DNA of 53,364 nt from Girardia tigrina (taxonomy: Eukaryota). Of this stretch, positions 47,801-53,364 are shown in pieces. The stretch lies in the NCBI GenBank assembly GCA_001938485.1, contig MQRK01209551.1, positions 19,758-73,121 on the forward strand. Reading direction: 5' to 3'. The notes below the pieces were generated by a model. The model searched no databases and was not told where the DNA came from. It saw only the letters and a program-made list of their open reading frames with translations. Within the stretch, counting starts at the first letter, position 1. Each line of letters starts with the position of its first letter. Made by a program: the position numbers and the translations under genes.

Positions 47801-50800
47801 TTTATGTACTGCGGGTTCATCCGGGTTGAGCAGTCTAAAAAATGTTATACACTTATGTAGACTTTTTGTTTATGTTGAACAGGAAAATTCTTGTTGAGCA
47901 GGATATTAATTTAAAACATGTCTTATAAATAAACGTTCCGAGCATTTGGGACAAATTTGTTTTACATTTATGTATGTGTTGAGCAGTGAAAGGGTTACGT
48001 TTTATTTAACGATAGTTTCTTATGTGTCTTTTGATCGAAGAGGAGCACCAATATCCTAAAAAGCATAAAAATCCTACCAAAGGTGATACAGAAAATTGCC
48101 ATTGGCTGCTCAGTATCAAACGTAAGATACTCAGCATCACAATGGTTGCATCACAGAGATGGTGTGATTCTTCAAGGCACAAAAAGAAAAAGAAAAATAG
48201 TGGTCGAAGAAATAGAGGAGTCTCATGAATCAATGATCATGATGGAAGAGATTGAATATGAGCATGTGGAACCTCAGGTCACCGAGGACTTTGATCCAGC
48301 CGCCCTGAATGTACTCTTACTATCATACAAGAGTCGAAGGGACTTGCTCTACATCCCACAAAGGCATACTTCAATGGACGTGCGACTCGCGTATATCCAA
48401 CCTCCAAATGCGTCCCTTACATTCGGCAATTTTGCACACTCCCACAAACATCATCAATTAATTATCTATAGAATAAGTAGCATAGCAACGATTTAGTATT
48501 CGTTTTACTTATATTCCTTTCGACACTCTCATTAAGAGGATAAAGTCCAAGGCCACGAATCATCCTAAGACGAAGAAGCATCTTTCCCATATAACAGGCG
48601 GGTTGGAGACTCGTCTGAGGATGAAAACAACTCATCATTGGAGGAAGATTTATCTTCTGATAGTGAAAGTGTGGGGCATGGTGGAAACGATCACCCAATT
48701 GAAGGGTGCCGGGGGAGACCACGAGTAAATAACCCCTGTGAAAACAAGGGCACATGTTGACGACGGCTTCGGACCGAAACATGGTGCGAATACATTCATG
48801 TACAAGCCGGGCTTTTTTGCTCACTGACAAAAAAAATATTTACATATTATTTAAAGACAGTTTCTTATGCGTCTATTGATCTTATTCTAGTATATTAATA
48901 AGTTTAAACCCAATTAAAATAATTAAACAGAAGTATTCGAACAAAATTCCACTAACAATCCTTTAAGTATTATAAGTATTGCCCTAATATAAATCAATTT
49001 TTATCTCTCTCTTTAACACATGAAGAAACTGATGGTAGCAGAGATATTGTGGCAGCATAATAAAAGTTTTAATAATCGGACATGAAGTGAGAAATTCTAG
49101 AATCGGAAATTGTAGTGAAATAAACGGGTTTGCATTTGTCTTCAAATTGTTCTTTGATCTTGTGCCACAGATATGTTAATTGAACTTTCGTATAAAAATC
49201 ACTATTCCAATTCGTTTCTTGAGAAATTTACTAATTAATTAACACTAAATATTTGCTATTATTTTTTAGTGAACGAATTCAAAATATTTTTATTAGAACT
49301 AATTAATATCATTTAAATATTAAAAATGGTACACATTTTAAATGATAATAAAGGATTGCAACGTGCTCGCCATTTAAAAATAAATATATCCGTTCCAAAA
49401 TTGTTAGAAATATTATTTCAAACTAAATCGAAATTTTCATTTGGGCCTAACTTAAACCCTTGCACACAATTATACACAAACCTTATGGCTTGGTTTTCGC
49501 ATTTTTTGAGCGTTTTAGTATGCAAGCAACCTTGAGGCATCTATCTTCTCTCAATGTATGAATGGCCGTTGGCTCCAAGGAGCTCATCCGTCCTTTGTCA
49601 GGTTTTGTTTTTCATCCTGTTGGGTGTCAACACACCCTCTTCACGCATGTAGTTCTGGGTGAGGGAGCCGATTGATTTGCAAACCATCTGACCATTTGAC
49701 AGCTAGTACAGGTTTACATGGTATCTGCTGCAGACATGCTTGCCTGACCTTACCTGAATAGTCAATGGCCCTGCAAATTCCCAATAAGTCACCTAAATAA
49801 GTATTAACGCGGTCGTTGTGTGCTTAATTTCGGAGATAAAATAAATCAAAATTTTTCGGTTCAATTCAAAATACGAAACTTCAATCAATAAAATAATATT
49901 TTCAATTAAAATTACGGATTGTTTCTGCAAAGGTTATTTTCCCGTATAATTCGTGATGACACCGTAAAACGAACGCCATTAATAACTCCCGGAATAAAAA
50001 TGGATTTGATTTTTAATTGTATCAAATTAATATTGACACAAAATTCCGAGTCCCAACATGTTTTAGTAAACATTTACCGAAACATTAATCGAGCAAAAGC
50101 AACATCGATTTCGAGGGATGGGTTGTTTACTTTTTATCTATTTGCTGGGGTTTGAAATATTTTCTATTAGTTTGGATTTATTTCGAGAAATTATATCAAT
50201 AATACTTGCCCTCTTCCGGTTGAATCCATGGATGTTTTCAAGTTTAGTGGTGTCGAAAAGGTAACCTGTGCCCCTCAAAAATGATTCTAAAGAGAGGATA
50301 TGAAATTTGTGTCTTTAGTTTTTATTTAAGAGGGTGAAATTGGACATGTCATTAAAATTTTGCAGGAAACTGTTTGAATATGTAATGAAGAATAATTTTA
50401 AACAATCAAATGGTTTGTTACAGCTATGGAAGGAAAGCGATAACATAATTTTTCAGTCGATTAAAAATGGAAATGTATCATCACTGTTGGAAGACAATAT
50501 TCCACACTAAAATATATTTGAATAAAACTAAAATACCTACCAGAGTATATTACAAAGATAAATCGTTTATATTACAAATAAAAGAAGAATCAAGTGTAAA
50601 CTCTGCTCTCAACCATGTAATAGTTGTGTAATACAAGTTTTGAAAATTACTAATTTTTTTGATTATGTAATATTTTATTTAATTAATTATAATTTAATTT
50701 TGTAATATATCACAATCACAATTTGAAAACATCCTCAGTCCTCTAATAGCGTTTTAAAACAACAAAAATGCATGGATCACCGTAAGTATATAGAAGGTGT

Positions 50801-51932
50801 GAGTAATTTTTGGCAAGCAGCTTCAGTTGCAAAGACGATAGATTTATATTTTAAAGATAATTCTACAAATTATTAGACATCTAAATGACTAAAACCGAAG
50901 ATGTTATTTACCTCCAATTATGTTTTGCTTGATCGAGCTATCAGATCAAGATCATATCAAGAATACATGGACCAACTACCAACAGTTACTTCTTTAAAAG
51001 TAGCTTATTGTTATTGAAAGCTGAAAATTATTAATCGATATCGTAAAGTTAGTAAATGATACATCTTCTGAAGAATGCTTAGACTAAAGAAAAACTTGAA
51101 AATTCCAAAACCAATTTTGTAAAGCAGAGTGAATGACGATGATTTCCATAAATAATTTTTGTGATGAAAATCTTAAATGAAATGACGATTATCAGGATGA
51201 TGAACCCTGTAAAACCATCTAAAATGAAGCTATAGCAGACATTGTAACCCTACATGCATACTTTGAGGCTGAACTTGGAGAACATCTTCAAGAACTCTAC
51301 TCAGTTGAAAAGTGAGTGATGGAACATACTTTTTCTAGTCTATTGTAGTCCAAGATTTATTTATGGAATTATAAATCAAGTAATCAACATCCAAATTATT
51401 TCCGTACATTTCAATCTTATAATATTCTTTGTATTACCCATTGAAGATCAGATTTTTTAGAATTATTAAGCTAGGAAATTTAATAACCGCCCTATGACAA
51501 CCATGGCCGCTAATAGTTTAATATAGTACATGAATTATTACTTATTGTGATATTTTCGTGAGTTTTTCCAAATCAGTTCAATCCGAATGTAAGAGGAACC
51601 CGGGCGTAAGAAAATTTAAAACATTCCTGTTGAATTCTCTTACATTTGGATTCAACTAAATAAACTGAAATATAAAAGTAAATATTCTTGAAAAGTCTCA
51701 CCAATGCTCCTATTTCACCAGGTTCAATCATTGCTCCCCAGACCAACAATTCTTGAATATAAATATACCGAACAAGTTTTATAGACTCGAGCAGCGGTAA
51801 TATTCTCACCAAATTTGGAAGAATTTCTTTTTTACGTTTCTTCTTAGGTTTTTCTTCTTCGTTGAAAATATCAGGGAGCATTTCATCCTCCCAGAAATGC
51901 GTTACGGTACGATCTGCTGTGTCAACCATGAA
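38863..51932 (-). CDS. Uncharacterised RNI-like leucine-rich-repeat protein with Lys-rich patches (~372 aa from ATG 51929; possibly 5'-incomplete). Exons: 51932/51929-51702, 45670-45528, 45481-45341, 40398-40256, 39419-39330, 39282-39135, 39088-38863
   Basis: LRR units LELIDCFLD, LRELVLDFNE|FGDEGCEILC, LSLNACCLG, RELSLEQNFLQNEGV, KLNLANNKIG, LEEIDLYGSDVSDMAA. GT-AG joins keep frame, with 46-47 bp mini-introns. The exons at 45.3-45.7 kb and 39.1-39.4 kb are absent from the ORF track. Confidence 0.8.
40530..41836 (-). mobile_element. rosa-type (DD41D) Tc1/mariner element, full-length with gaps, transposase from 41724
   Basis: TA-flanked TIRs aagggtggaccaaaagtaactacacaatttatt / aataaattgtgtagttacttttggcccaccctt. 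TDEAHF; 41 codons between WFQQD and the D of SPDLNAPDFFLWG; in-frame stops. Confidence 0.9.
41850..42110 (+). mobile_element. PLE 3' end with hammerhead motif (42082-42108)
   Basis: KYFDPEIK-like segment and SSSSLTLMNILL*, then CTGATGA-t-tgtgg-ttaat-ccgtc-GAAG, homologous to the 16.9 kb motif. Confidence 0.55.
44500..45110 (+). mobile_element. Degenerate rosa/Tc1-like transposase remnant
   Basis: FSDEATVHFSGHMNRHGLHCYAEENPH and FQHDGAP motifs. Confidence 0.7.
46200..46546 (+). mobile_element. maT/Tc1-like 3' remnant
   Basis: LDELKSALPIAWKNIDM..WIPRLRKCCNNDEGHFEHL; ends gggcaccctg-TA at 46546. Confidence 0.75.
47139..48536. repeat. Pair of ~210-220-bp inverted repeats (47139-47359 and 48330-48536)
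   Basis: High-identity reverse-complement match; TTAA at both outer ends. Confidence 0.85.
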
Positions 51933-52160
51933 CTAGAACAACAATTTTCATTTAATCTTAGTTTAAATTTTCTCGCAGTTTTGATTGACTATTGTGCAAT
52001 TTATTAATCTCAGTAAATGTTGTAATTGGTGAAATGAACAATAAAGTTAATTTTAATAGTTTTTATGTTAAAATAAGGTATCTTACATTGCGCGGTAGAG
52101 ATATTTCTGTTGATAAGATTTAGGCAAATTTCGTCTTCAAAAAGTAATTGATAAAAAAAA

Positions 52161-52360
52161 TATTAAAAAGTGAACGCCATTTTTCACAATTTATTTTCGT
52201 AATTAATTTCGGCGCATTACCTTACATGATTGATTACATAATCACCTTTCTCATATATAAGCTTCAAAAAGCCAGTGTTAATTTAGTCTGAAGATGGCGG
52301 GTAATCTGCCGAAATTAATTACGAAAATAAATTGTGAAAAATGGCGTTCACTTTTTAATA
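52161..52360 (+). ncRNA. 53-bp perfect inverted repeat enclosing/overlapping a hammerhead motif (52288-52328)
   Basis: Arms 52161-52213 and 52308-52360; tttagt-CTGAAGA-t-GGCGG-gtaat-CTGCC-GAAA-TTAA-TT-acgaaa. Confidence 0.65.
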
Positions 52361-53249
52361 ATGAATATCAATTGCCATTATTTTTTAAATTCCTTGGTAA
52401 AAAAATTATTTAGACTAAAGTTATCGTCTATTTATACTTATATTTGTAAAAAAAATATTTTTTGTGGTGTGCTATTGGAGAGAATTCAGCACTATTTGTC
52501 GATAAATTGTGATAAAAAACTGTTAATAATATGCAAAAAATAACAAAAAAAAGAATTGTTTGTATAAATAAAAAATTAATTGTAAATAAAGTTAATATAA
52601 ATTGTGTTCATTCTTTTTTCAACTGTAAGAATAAAATCACTGAATACGTAATTCTGTTAATGAATGCTCTCAAAACCGAATCATCTGTCGATGACTTCAA
52701 ATCGAACATTTTCAAATGTCCAGTTTGTCGGACGGAATATTATAACTCGAAACAATCACTCAGTGATCATTTAAATTCATGCGAGAAAATCAAAAGCAAC
52801 TTTAAAATAATAAATCAATAAATATTAAAACAAAATCGCTAAGTTTTCTTTCACAATCGTTTAATTGCTCAAATGCCTAGATCGATGAATAAGCGAACGT
52901 TAATCATTCATTATTACATACGAAAAAATGGAGTATCCAATGAATAAATCATCGTGTGACGTTGTTGCTATCGCCTCTGTCTAACAAGTCAATCAGTCTC
53001 TGAAATTACTTATTCTTTTACCATCAAAATTTTGAACGTTAATTTTAGGATCTAAAGATCTTATATATAACGCTTCACATGTCACTCTCTCCCAGTAATT
53101 CTTAAATCGAGTGCACAGAATTTTAAATTTATGGATGTTTATTTCCCATTTGCAATGTTTACTATGTTCAGCAATATTACTTCCACTTTCCTTACGACTG
53201 TGTTCTTAGATTCTTTTACAGAGATGACGTGAAGTCTCTCCAATCGATT

Positions 53250-53364
53250 AACCAGACGATCTGCGTACAGCCAACTGATTAATTTGAAATATTACGAAGG
53301 ACAAACTATTGACGATTACGTTTCTCAAGTAAAGATGTTGGCATCAAAAATCGACGATCTGACC
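53250..53364 (+). mobile_element. Possible LTR-retrotransposon gag fragment running off the window
   Basis: RRSAYSQLINLKYYEGQTIDDYVSQVKMLASKIDDL resembles the retrotransposon gag AxxxLxxL..(Q)G.sv.eY..L pattern. Confidence 0.4.

Overview
AT-rich eukaryotic (metazoan) genomic DNA. Introns are either ~46-59 bp or multi-kb and TE-filled. This architecture would fit a flatworm such as a planarian, but that is inference only. Three spliced genes on the minus strand can be built by hand with phase-consistent splice sites. (1) TTC12 (TPR + ARM ciliary dynein assembly factor), 9 exons at 26748-5511, with a GC-AG first intron; its last exon(s) were not found in the window. (2) A complete Polo-like kinase 1 gene, 6 exons at 33873-30324, ~568 aa. 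(3) An uncharacterised RNI-like LRR protein, 7 exons at ~51932-38863. The rest is mostly transposon remnants: mariner DD34D, maT-like, rosa DD41D, pogo MITE, piggyBac, hAT, MULE, Chapaev3-like, Penelope-like elements (PLE) and a gag-like fragment. Two things stand out. First, a three-level nested stack (mariner > maT-like > MULE) in TTC12 intron 2, in which the maT-like element has captured ~600 bp of intronless VCP/p97 coding sequence in place of part of its transposase. Second, about nine PLE-type minimal hammerhead ribozyme motifs (CTGA(A/T)GA-T-stem-GAAA-palindrome), several degenerate and two embedded in fold-back inverted repeats. Assembly gaps: 25424-25473, 40702-40753, 41256-41342, 43372-43428.
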